Below, piece by piece: positions 24,900 to 38,322 of a stretch of 56,118 nt of DNA (its first letter is position 1; each line of letters starts with the position of its first letter). Source of the DNA: Octopus bimaculoides (Eukaryota). The notes under the pieces were generated by a model that saw nothing but the letters and a program-made list of their open reading frames with translations, was not told the origin of the DNA and searched no databases. Made by a program: the position numbers and the translations under genes. Location of the stretch: positions 73,588,178-73,644,295 of the forward strand of contig NC_068981.1 in NCBI RefSeq assembly GCF_001194135.2, read 5' to 3'.

Positions 24900-25770
24900 A
24901 CTGCATATATTACCCATCGTTGTTCTAGGGAGTACAGGCTTCACTTTTTCAGTATTTCCTGGTAGCTGACAAATCACATTGAGACGGTCTTCTTTGTGTA
25001 GCTTCGCTGAATTGCCTCAAGTTCCTCCATTAAGATACGTCATTACTCATATCAACGCCGGGGTCTACACTGGTTTGATTCAGGGATTGCAGTCCCTCCT
25101 GGGCCAGTGTGTACTTTCTGAATTTCATCCAGCTTCGTGCAAAAGTAACGCAAGGTTTGAAATTTTCCATCCTTAAAGTACATGTCATTATCCTCGGCCC
25201 ACCTGTATATTGCGTCCAACACCTGTTGCAGATGCGCAATATCGCCAGAGTTCTGTATCTTTTAATAAACTTTTGTATCGTCTGCATAGCCAGCATATGT
25301 GGCTATCTGAGTAGCCGAGGGCATGTCAGAGAGGGCTACTATGAATAACATTGGCCTCAAGATGGTGACCTGAGGAACACTACTCGCTATTTGTGCTTCC
25401 TTAGAGGTGGCTCCGTTGGCCACCACTACCTGACTTCTATCTTATAAAAAGTCGTGTTGCCACTCGCCAGGTTTTCTAACTATTCAAAGATCAGGTAGCT
25501 AGTGACATACCATACCATGGTGAACTTCATGAAAGGCCTTTGCATAGTCGAGGTATATCATGTCCACATTTGAGTTGTTGAGCAGCTGTTTTTACACCCA
25601 GTCGTAGTGTTGAAAAAGTTCTGTCAGGAAGCTTCTACCTGGTGGAAAACCATGCTGGGTATCACTCAGTAAATCATTTTCTTCAAGGAAAGCAATTAGT
25701 TTCCTTCAAGCTATTTGTTCCATGAATTTGCTGATGCGTGAGGTCAGAGAGAGATAGGCCTATAATTTTA
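24900..25770 (-). mobile_element. Decayed CR1/L2-group LINE reverse transcriptase fragment
   Basis: Reverse complement: NYRPISLTS, QHGF..GRS, VDMIYLDYAKAF, SSVPQ..IL, YADDTK (25277-88), W.EDNDM.F..GKFQ, ELEAIQRSYTK. Confidence 0.9.
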
Positions 25771-27934
25771 AGCATCTGCTCTGCTTGTAATGATGAATTA
25801 TAATTCCGCTGTTGTAATATAGTAGAGTTAGCTATTGAGTTGTCTTAACCTATGGAGATAATAAAGCGCTAATGACAAAACATTGATATATATATTCATT
25901 TCTATATAAATGAAAGTATCTGTTTCTATTGACTATACAAACAGAGGAATTTGAAGTTGCAATGTTCATGTCATTCTCACTGGTAATACTTGTAGTTCAA
26001 GGGACAGTATATAGCTGAAATATAAGAACAATGTTTACAAAATATTGATTTCTTTCGGATATACGAGACGGTACTGGGCAGACATGGTCGTTGATCTAAA
26101 TGTGGTTGATCTTTCACTGACTGTACAAATGCTCCTGGGAAATACTCAATGTCTCAAATCATATTTCATCACTCTCTTAAACTGATGTAGTTTATTTCCA
26201 TTTAATGGATGCATTAGATAACTACAGAGTCATCAAAGTTTATTTTATTCAAATCAAATATTTAAAATGTAAATTTTTACTGCGAAATAGACTTTCAACC
26301 CTTTGAGAAGCAACTGGCAAGCTTTGAGAAATCTGCTGTTAAATAATGATAATCCTTGCATCTGGAATATTTTGTTAATGCCTTCGATATGACTGATTTG
26401 GGAATAAGCAATAGTAATACACTAGAACAGACTCAAACAAAGAACAATGGAGCCTCTGCGTGATACATAAACTGCTAGAACTAGTAGTAAAACTTCTTTC
26501 AAATGGATGATTTAATCCTAGACAAATTCCTGAATTAAAAACCAGTCATTCTAATTGCCTATTACAATTCAAATGAAGTTATTTTACAATATTGTTACAG
26601 ACCAACTTATCTTATAGAATTTATTCATCCACAGAAAGAAGTAAACTCGAGGTCCAATGCTCGTCATTTTCATTGTATTGCCGCAGCTTACAGTAATAAA
26701 CTGTTTCTATTCTGCAGAACTTGCTCTGAGATAGAGAAGGTGACAGCTACAGACACCACTACAGGTGGCTGCAAACGAGCGGTTGATTTGTCTACTGGTT
26801 GCCCGCTACTCTGTTAATTTTGGAAAATTATGATCAGGAAACCGTCAACTGTATAATTAATATTTAATAATAATTTAACCCGACTGATATACCGCACTCG
26901 CAGATGTTAACTCGTTGCTCTACATTTCATGATAAAAATCAGCGTAATTTTGAGAAAATCCTTATATTATGAAGGGGTGGTTCACTTTCATTCATCTGGA
27001 TACAAATACACACTATTGGGAAATAATGTTCTTTCAAAACTTTACAACAGAAATTTACTTCGTCGATTTCTGCAATTTTTCCTTGCTTCAAAAATAGATC
27101 ATAAACACCAAGTAGTATTACACCATTCTAATAAAGATAATCTTACCAAGTAATTGAAAACTATTTTGCATTCCAATTTTTACCTCCTTTTAATTATGTT
27201 CACTACTTTTATAAGACACCTGACGCCATCGATTACTTATGGTTAGCTCATTTTAAACTAATATGGTAGAATGAAGAATGTATTTTCAATATTGCCAAAA
27301 TTGCATATAAACTGAATCATCAAACAAGATTTTGGCATTGCATCAATAATGCGCAGCGTATATTGTTACTGAAATGTGGTAAAAAATTCTAAATTTTGTT
27401 ACAATGCTATCTAACATCAAAGCTATCGTAATATCGACAAAGAACTGCTTTTGGAAAGTATTTACAAGATATTTTATAAACGACATATTTATATAATAAT
27501 AGTTCTTGCGGTTACCTATCTTTCTTATAACAGTTGTTATTAAGCATTTGCTCGATTATTATAATGAAATTACCTATTTCAAAGGACTTCAGTTTTATTT
27601 AGAATCCAATTTCTATGAGTAATTCAAAGTTTTCGTGTCGAACAATATACCACGGTCTTGAAACGCACGTAGTGAGAAAATATATTCTTATAGAGGAAGA
27701 TGCATATACACGATGAGTTCAAAGCTTCTGCACTGTTAGTTATCTTAGCTGATACAAAAGAGGACTAGGACTTGCAACTGATTGAAAGACTGGCCGAAAC
27801 GATGGAAACTTTCTTTTCAGAGGATGAATACTGGAACGTAATTTCATTATTGTTATTTCGCCTTTCGGAAAAACTGTAAGTTAATGAAATATTATTTATA
27901 CTATGCTCTCGCTGTCAATGGTGTTTAGCGGTAT

Positions 27935-28270
27935 ATAAACGTGGTTGTGTTGTAAGCAATTTGTTTCCCAATCACATTGTTCCGGGTTCAGTCCCAGTGC
28001 ATGGCACCTTGGGCAAGTGTCTTCTGCTATAGTCTGGGATCGACCAAAGTTTTGTGAGTGTATTTGGTACACAGAGACTGAAAGAAGTCCGCCGTGTATA
28101 TACGTATATAACTGTGTGGTGTATATATGTATATAACTGAAAGAATCCCGTTGTGTATATATGTATATAACTGTCTGTGTGTATTTGAGTGTGAATGTGC
28201 CTCTGTGTTTGTGTTTGTTTACCATCACCGCTTGACAACCAGTGTTAGTTTGCTTACGTCCCCGTAAAAG
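27935..28270 (+). mobile_element. SINE family B, 3'-incomplete, with an internal duplication
   Basis: ccgggttcagtcccagtgcatggcaccttgggcaagtgtcttc...ctgaaagaag...cgcttgacaacc. Confidence 0.88.
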
Positions 28271-29241
28271 AATAAAAGACTGAACAGATACATTAATAAA
28301 GAAAACAGTAAAATAGGCGTGGTGGAATACGATACACCCCTTCTTCAGCCAGTAATTAGTTACAACAGTTGAAACGAATACTTTATGTTGAAATTACCAA
28401 TAATAAAATGAGAACAAAAATCATTCTGGGAATCTAATATATCGTAAGCCTTCAATTGTTTTGTGTGTGTCAGCTCCACATCTCACTAGATCGGGAAGCA
28501 CATCATTTAAAGCTTTCGCCTTCATGGAATCTATCTTGTGTTCGTCAGATTTATAAACCTAAAACCACTTTAAACAATAAATACAAGATTATTATCAGTT
28601 CAGATATGCTTGGGGCATATTCGAACCCACAAGAGAGCCATTTATTGTGCTTTTGTCATGGAGAAAATTTCTCGCAGTGGACAAATGGTGCAAATACACC
28701 TAAAATCAGCTGGCAGCGTCACCCACTTAGACAGTGAGATGCAAGCATTTTGGAGTGGTTATCTTTTGTAAACTATATTTGCTGAAATTGTTTTCAGCCC
28801 TATAAGCTGACAAAACGCTCGAAACTTTGTCAATAATTTTGCAACAGGTTACAATACTGAACAATATTTATTTACAGCTAAGTGAGCCTAAATTTTTCAA
28901 AGGCAAGTGTTTCATCCGTTTTCATTAAAGGAACTTGAACCCATAACTTTCCATCTCCATACATCTTTTACCCAAATGCTAAGAGATTGACAACATAGAG
29001 ATAGTACTCAAGGTGATGGGTTATTTATTCTGGAAAAATAATTACTTCTTGGATAAAATTTCAATCGTGGGTCACACGTGAAAATTAGCTCCCCGGCCCT
29101 CAGCTTTTTCTATGAAAGAAGAGAGATGATGTCAAGCATATTGGTAGCTAGTGGGTATTTCCCAGGTTTATCTATGAAATATATTCACATGAATCTGCTA
29201 TATCTTGGATGAATTGTTTCTAAAAGATTCTTCTAATTTAT

Positions 29242-29672
29242 AGGCACAGGCGTGGCTGTCTGGTTTTGGGTTCAGTCACAGTGCATGGCACTTCAGGTGA
29301 GTGTTTTCTACTATAGCATCGAGAGGACCAAGGCATTGTGGGTGGATTTGGTATAAGGAAACTGAAAGAAGCTCTTCGTATATATGTATATATGTGTGTG
29401 TGGTGTGTGTGTGTGTATGTGTGTGTGTGCGCGTGCGCGCACACATGTATGTGCGTGTCTTTGTGTCTGTATTTGTCTCCCACCACCGCTTGACAACCTG
29501 TGTCGGTGTATCTAAGTCATCGTAAATTAGTGGTTCGGCAAAAGAGCGACGGAAAGAATAAGTATCAGACTTAAAAGAATATAAGTACAGGGGTCGATTC
29601 ATCCGACTAAAACTTCTTCAAGGCAGTGCCCCAGCATGACCGTAGTCTAATGACTGAAACAAGTAAAAGGTA
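29242..29672 (+). mobile_element. SINE family B, full length, diverged
   Basis: Head aggcacaggcgtggctgt...gggttcagtc, internal (TG)n, tail tgactgaaacaagtaaaag. Confidence 0.88.
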
Positions 29673-30274
29673 TAAGATAATCTTCAGGTGGCCCAGAATT
29701 GTCGCCTCCAAGCATTTCAGAATATGTTTCAAATCAAACTTCATACAAAAGACATTAAAATTCAAAAATAGAATCGATGATAAAATTTTACACTTGATTC
29801 GTTATTTTCACATTCCGGGGGTAAATATTTTATTTCATTTTATTTTATTTTATCAAAATACAGTACTAATTGACATAATTACACTCAGTGATTAAATTTT
29901 CTAATCAGTTATTTTTATCAATGACACTTGCAGTGCTTAAGGAAATAAAATATTATTTTTTCCTGTCAGAAGCTGAAAACACATAAAGAAAAAATCAAAA
30001 TCATTCAATTTTTCTGAACAAGAATAACACAGTCTAAGACCTTCTCGTTGAAAAGATATGCCGCTATGCAAACTTCGAGCTACCTTCGTAAAAGTAGAAT
30101 CTGTATTGCGTTGGTGGATTGCTGTAAGGGTACTTCTTAACTGCTCTTGCTGCATTAAGAGGTCAATATGGGGAATATCGTAATTTTCAGTTTGCACAAA
30201 TCCCATAAAATGGGTAGAAAATTTAAAACCATTTGATTAAAATTTTTTGTACTGAAGAAATAAATTTTAATATT

Positions 30275-30698
30275 GGTTTCAAATTTTGGCACAAGGCCTC
30301 TAAGTTCGGAGTGGAGGAGCTAAATCGATAACATCGACCTCAGTGCTTAATAGGTAATTATTTTATCGACCCCGAAAAGGACGAAAATGAAAGTCGACCT
30401 CTAAGGAATTTGGACTCAGAACGTAAAGGCGGACGAAATGCTGCTAAGCATTTTGTCCGGTGTGCTCACGATTGTGCCTGCTTGCAGCCTTAAAAAAAAT
30501 CATCCTCTCTATCATAGGCCTGAAATTTTGGTGGAGTGGGATAGTCGATTACAATGACCTCAGTACGCAACTGGTACTTATTTTATGGACCCCGAAAATG
30601 ATGAAAGGCGAAGTCGACCACAGTGGAATATGGACTCGGACGAAATGCTGTTAAGCATTTTTCCCGGCGTACTAACAATTCTGCCAGCTCGCCGCCTT
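30275..30698 (-). mobile_element. SINE family A dimer flanked by one 16-bp TSD
   Basis: Monomers at 30275-30491 and 30505-30698; AATAAATTTTAATATT at 30259-74 and 30699-714. Confidence 0.9.
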
Positions 30699-31094
30699 AA
30701 TAAATTTTAATATTTACATCAGCACTATGTTTCAGGTAGTTTGAGCAGCGACCAACATCAGGTGTAATCTTTTTGGTTTGTGGACATAAATAATTTAATT
30801 CGGCCTTCATAATTGATTAAACAAATACAGAATTTCAAGTAAGATTTTACTCTTGCATTCTACATTTCATGTTCTGGAACTTTTTGTTTTGCTTGAAAAC
30901 AATGTATAATTTATAAAATTACTCTGATTAGTTTTCTAATCAGAACTTTTAACAGTTTCTATTGCAGTGCAAAAGGGTATACAATATTCTTATTTCTTTT
31001 CCCCAGAAGTCATTTGGTCGATAACAATCTCCCGGAAAAGATATGCCACTATGCAAATACAACTACCTAGATGTCTGCAGCTGGGAACATACTG

Positions 31095-31148
<54 letters not shown>

Positions 31149-31339
31149 TCATTTTTGTGTATTAAGATGAGTCTTAATGAATTAATTAATATTTAAATAC
31201 AATTTGCATTTAACAATATTATCCATATCTCCCATGGGACTTACTTAATGCATAATAAATTACAATGATCATTTCAGATAACAATATTTAGTTTCTTTAG
31301 CAAGAGAGTACAGTCGATGGATAATAATGAACTTTTAAT

Positions 31340-31553
31340 AATTGTTTCAAATTTTGGCTCAAAGCCACCATTGTGTGGAGAGAGGGTAAATCGATCACAT
31401 CAACCCCTGTCCTCAACTGGTATTTATTTTATGGACCCTGAAAGGATGAAGGGCAACGTGGACCTCGGCGGAATTTGACTTCAAAAGGTAAAGGCGGACG
31501 AAATGCCACTAAGCATTTTGCCCGGCGTGATAACGAGTCTGCAAGTTCGCAGC
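31340..31553 (-). mobile_element. SINE family A, full length
   Basis: gtttcaaattttggc...caactggtatttattttatggaccctgaaaggatgaa...taagcattttgcccggcgtg. Confidence 0.88.
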
Positions 31554-32159
31554 ATTATGATAACCGTACTTACTTGCGGATCCTCGGAAGAAGGACAGAA
31601 TTTGATTTGGTCTGATCTCACGTTGGAACGAAGGCAGTAAGAAGTGAATACTTGTATGCACTTAGCACCAGTGATATAGCGTGGGAGTAAACGGTATATG
31701 AGGAAGGAAAGGGTGGCCACTTTATATATATGTGGTTGCTGTAGTATGTTAAATGCAAAGAAGAAGTAGGCCATTTTGGCTACTGTACGGGGCAGTCAAA
31801 ATCCACTCTACGCCATTCTTTAGAACAGATGGCAATAGATTTAACAACCACCACTGCGCTTTTATCAATGTATATATATAAATGAATGACATTTGTAAAA
31901 GAAACTTAAGTTTATGCTAAAGAAGAGTTATCTTTATAATTACATTTATTTTCAACTGTGCTCCAATATGGTTCCTCTCAAAAAGCATGTATACACTCTT
32001 GAGTTCGATGCCTTTCTTACAGTGGTTTTTATCAGTCGTAGTCCACCCGGAAGATGTTAATTAACTAAATGATAGGATTTTGACTTGAGAATATAAAATT
32101 ACGAAACAGATATTCTATACGACACTCGAAACAATCCCTCCGCTCCAATATTCTGCATT

Positions 32160-32285
32160 AATTCATTGTTTTCGACCCTAAAAAAGTGAAAGGCTATCTC
32201 GACCTCGCTTGGATTTGAAATCAGAGTGTAGGAAATCGGAACAAATCTCATACAGGTAATTATTCCCAAGGCTCTAACGACTCTC
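32160..32285 (-). mobile_element. SINE family A, degenerate fragment
   Basis: ttttcgaccctaaaaaagtgaaaggc..tcgacctcgcttggatttgaaatcagag. A similar scrap lies at ~32620-32675. Confidence 0.55.
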
Positions 32286-33927
32286 CTAAATTAGATTTCC
32301 GTGGAATTCGAAACCAGAAGGATGAAGATAAACATCATAATTGATTTATTCCATCACTTTACAATTGTAGTTTGTTTATTTAAGAAGTTAGCATTAATTA
32401 TTATGATTATAGGTAATGGGCTGGAAAAACACCATAGCAAGTTGTACTTTTTAATTTAGTCCTGCATTCTGAGCTAGAATTCTTTCCAACTAGTTAAAAC
32501 TGAGAATCGAAACCTTATTATGGCTTGGTCTCGCAGGAAACTTATGTTTTACACAACGATGCAAATTTATCACCACATATACAATAATAGGCAGAATGCC
32601 TCAGAATTTTGATTGCCCCGTTATTTTATTGACCCCGGAAGAATATGAAAGAAAAAGATGAGCTCGCCGGATTTAGCTTAAAATCGCCTCCTTTTGGTGT
32701 TCATAGAATAACGTACTTAAGTTTATGTTATAGAAGAGTTATTATAATTACATTTATTTTCAACTGTGCTCATATATGGTTCCTCTCACTAAGCGTGTAT
32801 ACACTCTTGAGTTCGGTGCCTTTGTTACAGTTCTAGGCTGATTTGATGAATTATAAGCCTCCTCCAAATGTATGACCTCGTTAAAATAATATTAGTATAT
32901 CTAAAGGTGGCGGCAGATGGTACAATACATAAAAGCACTGAACAAAGAAAGATTTCAAAATATTTAATATTATCAGGGATCAAATGGTTCCTCATGTTTC
33001 CGGGTTTATAAAATAAATACCATTAAATATCATTTAACTGCAATCCTCGCTTAGAATGTTGTGACATAGTGATAAAGTTAGAGATCAATATTAATGCATG
33101 CTTGGGCAACATACGTGTGCTTGATATTTACTTTTTATTATTTGCGTTAGTATGTTTCCGCATTTGTTCGATAACCTGTGTTTTTCTTTTAAAGGTATTT
33201 ATGAATAGGAACTAGAGAAACAACGAAAAGAAAGTATCAAGAAAGTTCTATGCACCCTTTATGGGAAAGAAGAGAAAAAATTGCATTTGGTTCTTTAATT
33301 TGTGTATCTTTTACAGAATAAGCAGCTTGCAATTTTTTTTCTTTAATTTTAGCTCTACTTTAAATCAGAGCTAATTGGATTGCAACATTTTAGCAATATC
33401 ACCATGACACAAACTGAGCTACGTAATTTAACTATAATGGCTTAATGAAATAGAAAAGTTTCTGAAATCCTGGTAATGATCTTCTGATGTACTTTACTTA
33501 TTAAAACAATTAAAATGAATTCACTTTAAGTGAATTTTTAAGAATAGAAAAAAAAACCAGAGTAACAATATGTGTTAATGAGTAAGAAATTGAAAAATAT
33601 ATATGTATAAAACGTTGAGTAACCGATTGATGTGATAAGAAGAATATAATTAGACAAGAATTGATGGTGAACGTCTAAGTTAACCAATTACTTTGAATGA
33701 TAGTAAATCATTCAATTATAATAAGCGAATAATTCGATGCAGTTCACAGTGATTTTCTGTTCATCACTGTACTTGTCGTGCAGTGAAATTCATAGAGGAG
33801 GAGGCATACTGTCAACTGTTATGGATCGTGATCGAGTTTCGAATCACAGGTGCAGTCGATTCAATAAATTTACTCAGGTCGTCAATAATGGCCAGAAAAA
33901 TGTAGGCGGCACGTTATGTCAATCCTC

Positions 33928-33967
<40 letters not shown>

Positions 33968-34179
33968 ATATATATATATANNNNNNNNNNNNNNNNNNNN
34001 NNNNNNNNNNNNNNNNNNNNNNNNNNNNNNNNNNNNNNNNNNNNNNNNNNNNNNNNNNNNNNNNNNNNNNNNNNNNNNNNNNNNNNNNNNNNNNNNNNNN
34101 NNNNNNNNNNNNNNNNNNNNNNNNNNNNNNNNNNNNNNNNNNNNNNNNNNNNNNNNNNNNNNNNNNNNNNNNNNNNNNN

Positions 34180-34212
<33 letters not shown>

Positions 34213-34371
34213 GAAGTTGCACAGTGAAACGTCTGTGACATAACGAACTACTTTCATGATAATTGTTGCTCAGAAATACAAACAGTAGCGATGTATCAGT
34301 GTGACACTGTTTCATTCTTTATTGATTATCGTCAGTTACTCATAAACATTAACCTATAAGGAGTGAATATT

Positions 34372-34503
34372 GATTTCAAATTTTGGTACGAGTCCAGCGG
34401 TTTCGGGCGAAGGAATAAGTTGATTACATCGACCCCAATTCTCAACTGGTACTTCATTTATCGACCTCGAAAGGATGAAAGGCAAAGTGTACCTCGGCGA
34501 GAT
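34372..34503 (-). mobile_element. SINE family A, 5'-truncated, 17-bp TSD
   Basis: TATAAGGAGTGAATATT at 34355-71 and 34504-20. Confidence 0.92.
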
Positions 34504-35339
34504 TATAAGGAGTGAATATTAAAATTTATAACTTGAATGTAATAAACGATAGAGAACGATAGCAAATGCTCGTCAGTGTTTATTTATACTTCATTATGTC
34601 ATGAGTTCAGATCCTGTTGGTGTTAACATTGCTTTACACCACTCCACTGTCAAGTAAAATGTACCGCAAATGGACGAGAAACGATTCACTTGAATGTTCC
34701 TCTTTCCTTTAGCTGTATGATTTTTTGCCGAAGTTTTGAAATCAATATTTATAACTGTAATGTAAATGGATTAGTAAAAAAAAAATAATCAACATTTTCT
34801 TAGGCGACTATGTGTATCGATATTTGCCTGCTATAGTCAATGAAATTCAATAGAATTGTTTTGAAATGTAAATTTTGTAGTTATGCCACTGTAGTTTAAC
34901 AGAGGAAAGCCAATTGTGCGTGTTAATATCTCGTAAACTATTGAATCATTGGGGGAGGTATTATGGAAGACTTTTATCACTTTTTATGATGTGACAAAGA
35001 AACATTCAGTCTAGTGGAAGAGACTAACGCTTTCTAAATCTATTGATTAAGAATGGATTTGAGGATAGGAAATATATGAGTTTCAGAAAAGTACTTAAAA
35101 AATAACTGAAACTCTGACGTTTATGCTTTTTATGAATGACATTCAAAGCGACAGAAGGCAAATGAATTGGATTTAATCGAGAATTTAAATTAGGTTGTAG
35201 ATATTATATAGTAATCACTGCGGCAACCATTATTGAGTACTCTCTTTCATATATTCTAGATAAGATTGTTTAAAAAATTTGGTGGAGTGGTCATCAGAGA
35301 TATTAGCTTCCCAATATCAGCTTCGCTGGTCGTCATCGA

Positions 35340-35690
35340 TTCATACACGTTTCCGAATATATTTTTCTTCGTTTAAGGTTCCTCTAATGACAGGCAGATT
35401 TTTGCAAACGACAATTGCCCACAAAGGTCACTTTTGATGGGCAGGGGATACCCTGGTTGGAGTTGACAGATCTTTAGTTGTAAATGTTTATACTCTTATA
35501 AAGTTCTCCAACGATCTTGAAAATGTAATGCCACATTGTTCAGGATCCAGGGTCAATGTCAGTGTTCGTCTGTCTCAGTTTGTAGCGTCGCATGAAGCAA
35601 ACGCATGATCTTTTCCTGGTGCTGAGTAAGCTGTAGAGGATTTAGCATGGAAGCTTGGTGCTATTGATGCAGTGGATGTAATTATATATC
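35340..35690 (-). mobile_element. Possible RTE-type LINE 3' remnant
   Basis: Reverse complement KLPC*ILYSLLSTRKRS...RRYK...DIDPGS resembles the RTE post-RT ILY..L..GKR..G.P..RYKD....ID..W pattern. Confidence 0.45.
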
Positions 35691-35999
35691 TAATTACATA
35701 TACATATTTATATGCATGTATGTAGATATAGATATATAGATACGTATCTATCTATAATATATATATATATATATATATATANNNNNNNNNNNNNNNNNNN
35801 NNNNNNNNNNNNNNNNNNNNNNNNNNNNNNNNNNNNNNNNNNNNNNNNNNNNNNNNNNNNNNNNNNNNNNNNNNNNNNNNNNNNNNNNNNNNNNNNNNNN
35901 NNNNNNNNNNNNNNNNNNNNNNNNNNNNNNNNNNNNNNNNNNNNNNNNNNNNNNNNNNNNNNNNNNNNNNNNNNNNNNNNNNNNNNNNGTTACCAGGGT

Positions 36000-37258
36000 A
36001 GTAAAAAATCACACAAGTAAATAAGGTTGTAACTCCTTGTTTTTAAAGGTAGAAGCTTCGAGTTTACGTGAAATATTTTGTATAATATAGATAAATAAAT
36101 AAATGGAGTTAAACGCATGTGTTATTCAAATTCTTTTACTTCCGAAACATGTTTCGAAGATATCACTGGTATTATTCCAAAGGAATAAAATGGTAATCTT
36201 CTCTTCGGGGAAATGAAGAAATGAAACTCATCAATGAGACATTTTAACAGAAAATGATGGATATGTATAATGATTAACTGAACGCTATTAAGTTTGTTTC
36301 AAAAAACCGTTAGAGGATATAACGTCAAAGGTAGCCTATAGAAAGGGGAGGGGTAAAGGAAATTAAAAACCAAATAAATGAGAAGTGTATAACTATATGT
36401 ATATTAAATAAAACAATATAGACTTGGAAAAAGATATGTCTAGTGAATGTGAAATATAAGAAGAAAATAATGTTTAAATTATATATAATGCTAGATATCA
36501 CATATATGAACTAAAGGTGTATTTCTGCCAATGTCTACATCGGTATGCACGCTCCATAATTGTGTTTACAGGGGGATTTTTAGAAAATAAGAATAAAAAA
36601 TAGTTCAGAATTGCAGAGAAGACAGACTTCCTTGCCTTTATCATAAGGTATCGAAATTGAGAGAATCAACCAATCTAAATTAAATTGTTTATTGTGGTCT
36701 TTAGATACCAAATAAATTTACTAAGCCCTGTATTGTTACGTTTATTCCTATCCCTAAATGTAGAGTAATTATTAGAAATTCTTTTATATAACTGAGAAGA
36801 TGGTTTGCCTATATAAAAAACTACTTCATTACCAGATGTAATTTTACACTGGTATATAGAATTTTTAATTTTAGAGTTACTTGACATAAACTTGATTCTG
36901 TTATAATTTACTTCAGATACAATAACTTTGTTATTGATATATCTAGGGTGATGGATGGTATTAGCTAAATTAATGTTAGTATTAGTAAATGTATCAATAT
37001 TTAATCGATTAATATTATATGAAGAGATAATTTTATAAGAGTTTTTTTTGTGTTTGAAAAACCAATCGTAACCGTGTGTGAGTTGATAATAGAGTAATAC
37101 CTAGAATTCTTTGGAAAATTCCTAATAATAGCTTCACGAAATTGCAAAGGAAGATTAGATTTAATTTGCCTCTCGTAAAGAATAATTAACCAAATGGTTT
37201 TACTATTAGTTACCTCATTTATAGTGTAACGATCTTTGATAGACATAGATTTACCTTT
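36000..37258 (-). mobile_element. Decayed PLE 3' half: linker, GIY-YIG and terminal module with a degenerate hammerhead
   Basis: Reverse complement: NFPKNSRYYSIINSHTVTIGFSN; SIYQCKI...FYIG...KRISNNYSTFR...TGLSKFIWYLK; YDKGKEVCLLC...CRH. Segment 36090-36214 is homologous to 2681-2815. Confidence 0.85.
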
Positions 37259-37271
37259 AGAACGAAAATAG

Positions 37272-37359
37272 GGGCATTTGAACTCCGAGTGTAAAGATGG
37301 ACGAAATACCGCTAGGCATTTTGCCCGGCGTGCTAACGATTCTACCAGCTCGCCAACTT
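37272..37359 (-). mobile_element. SINE family A head fragment
   Basis: tttgaactccgagtgtaaagatggacgaaataccgctaggcattttgcccggcgtgctaacgattctaccagctcgcc. Confidence 0.85.
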
Positions 37360-37934
37360 GCTTCAAACCCACATGTTACAGGCGCTTTTTTATTTATCTC
37401 GAAGTTATCAAAGAAAAATATTATTTTGTTAATTATATAGAATGTTCTCGATCATATAGCCCGATAAATAACGATCTCTACCTCTATCCGTCGCATATTA
37501 TTTTCAGACTTGGACATTGAAACGGTTGCTGTTCAGTTGAAACTTTTATGAGTCTTAACGTCAATGGAGGAATGTACTTTTAGATAGAAAGAGAAAAAGA
37601 GAGGGAGAGAGAAAGAAAGACTGAGAGAACGTGAGTAATAGTATTTATAATAAAAAAAGTTTTTGAGGGCTAGATGTATGTAGATGTACAAAATGGAAAG
37701 TATTCAGCGCATTTTCGTTCTATTTTTTTAGACTATGGAAACATGAAATGATAAGAATTGAAAAGAAATATAAAATTCTTCCATAGTTTAGTAACCTTCA
37801 CGTGGTTTTGGATTACAAATTCCGTTATCTTTTAAAAGAAGGCATTATCATTGTCATCATGTGAAAAAACATTTTATTTTTTTCTTTCATGTTTTAATAT
37901 CTTTTAATTTTCTCTCTCTCTCTCTGTAAATATA

Positions 37935-37943
37935 TATGTGTAT

Positions 37944-38023
<80 letters not shown>
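37935..38023. repeat. (TG)n microsatellite
   Basis: Direct reading. Confidence 0.97.
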
Positions 38024-38025
<2 letters not shown>

Positions 38026-38322
38026 CTTCGCAAATAGGACTTATATTAATGAAATTAAATTTTAAAACGGTTGATTTTATCTTATGTAAAATCCTGTAAA
38101 CTTGTAGGGAGGAATTAATGTTAGTAAATATTAAGACAAAGTCTTATATATTATATATTCGTATACGAATGAAATACTGTACTATATGGTATTTAGGATG
38201 ACTTGGTATTCGGGTTCATCCATTTACAAATATGAGTTTAAATATTATTCACATTAACAAAGTTAACATCCATTCTGACGGCTTAAATAACATGATAATA
38301 TACATACATACATACATATATA

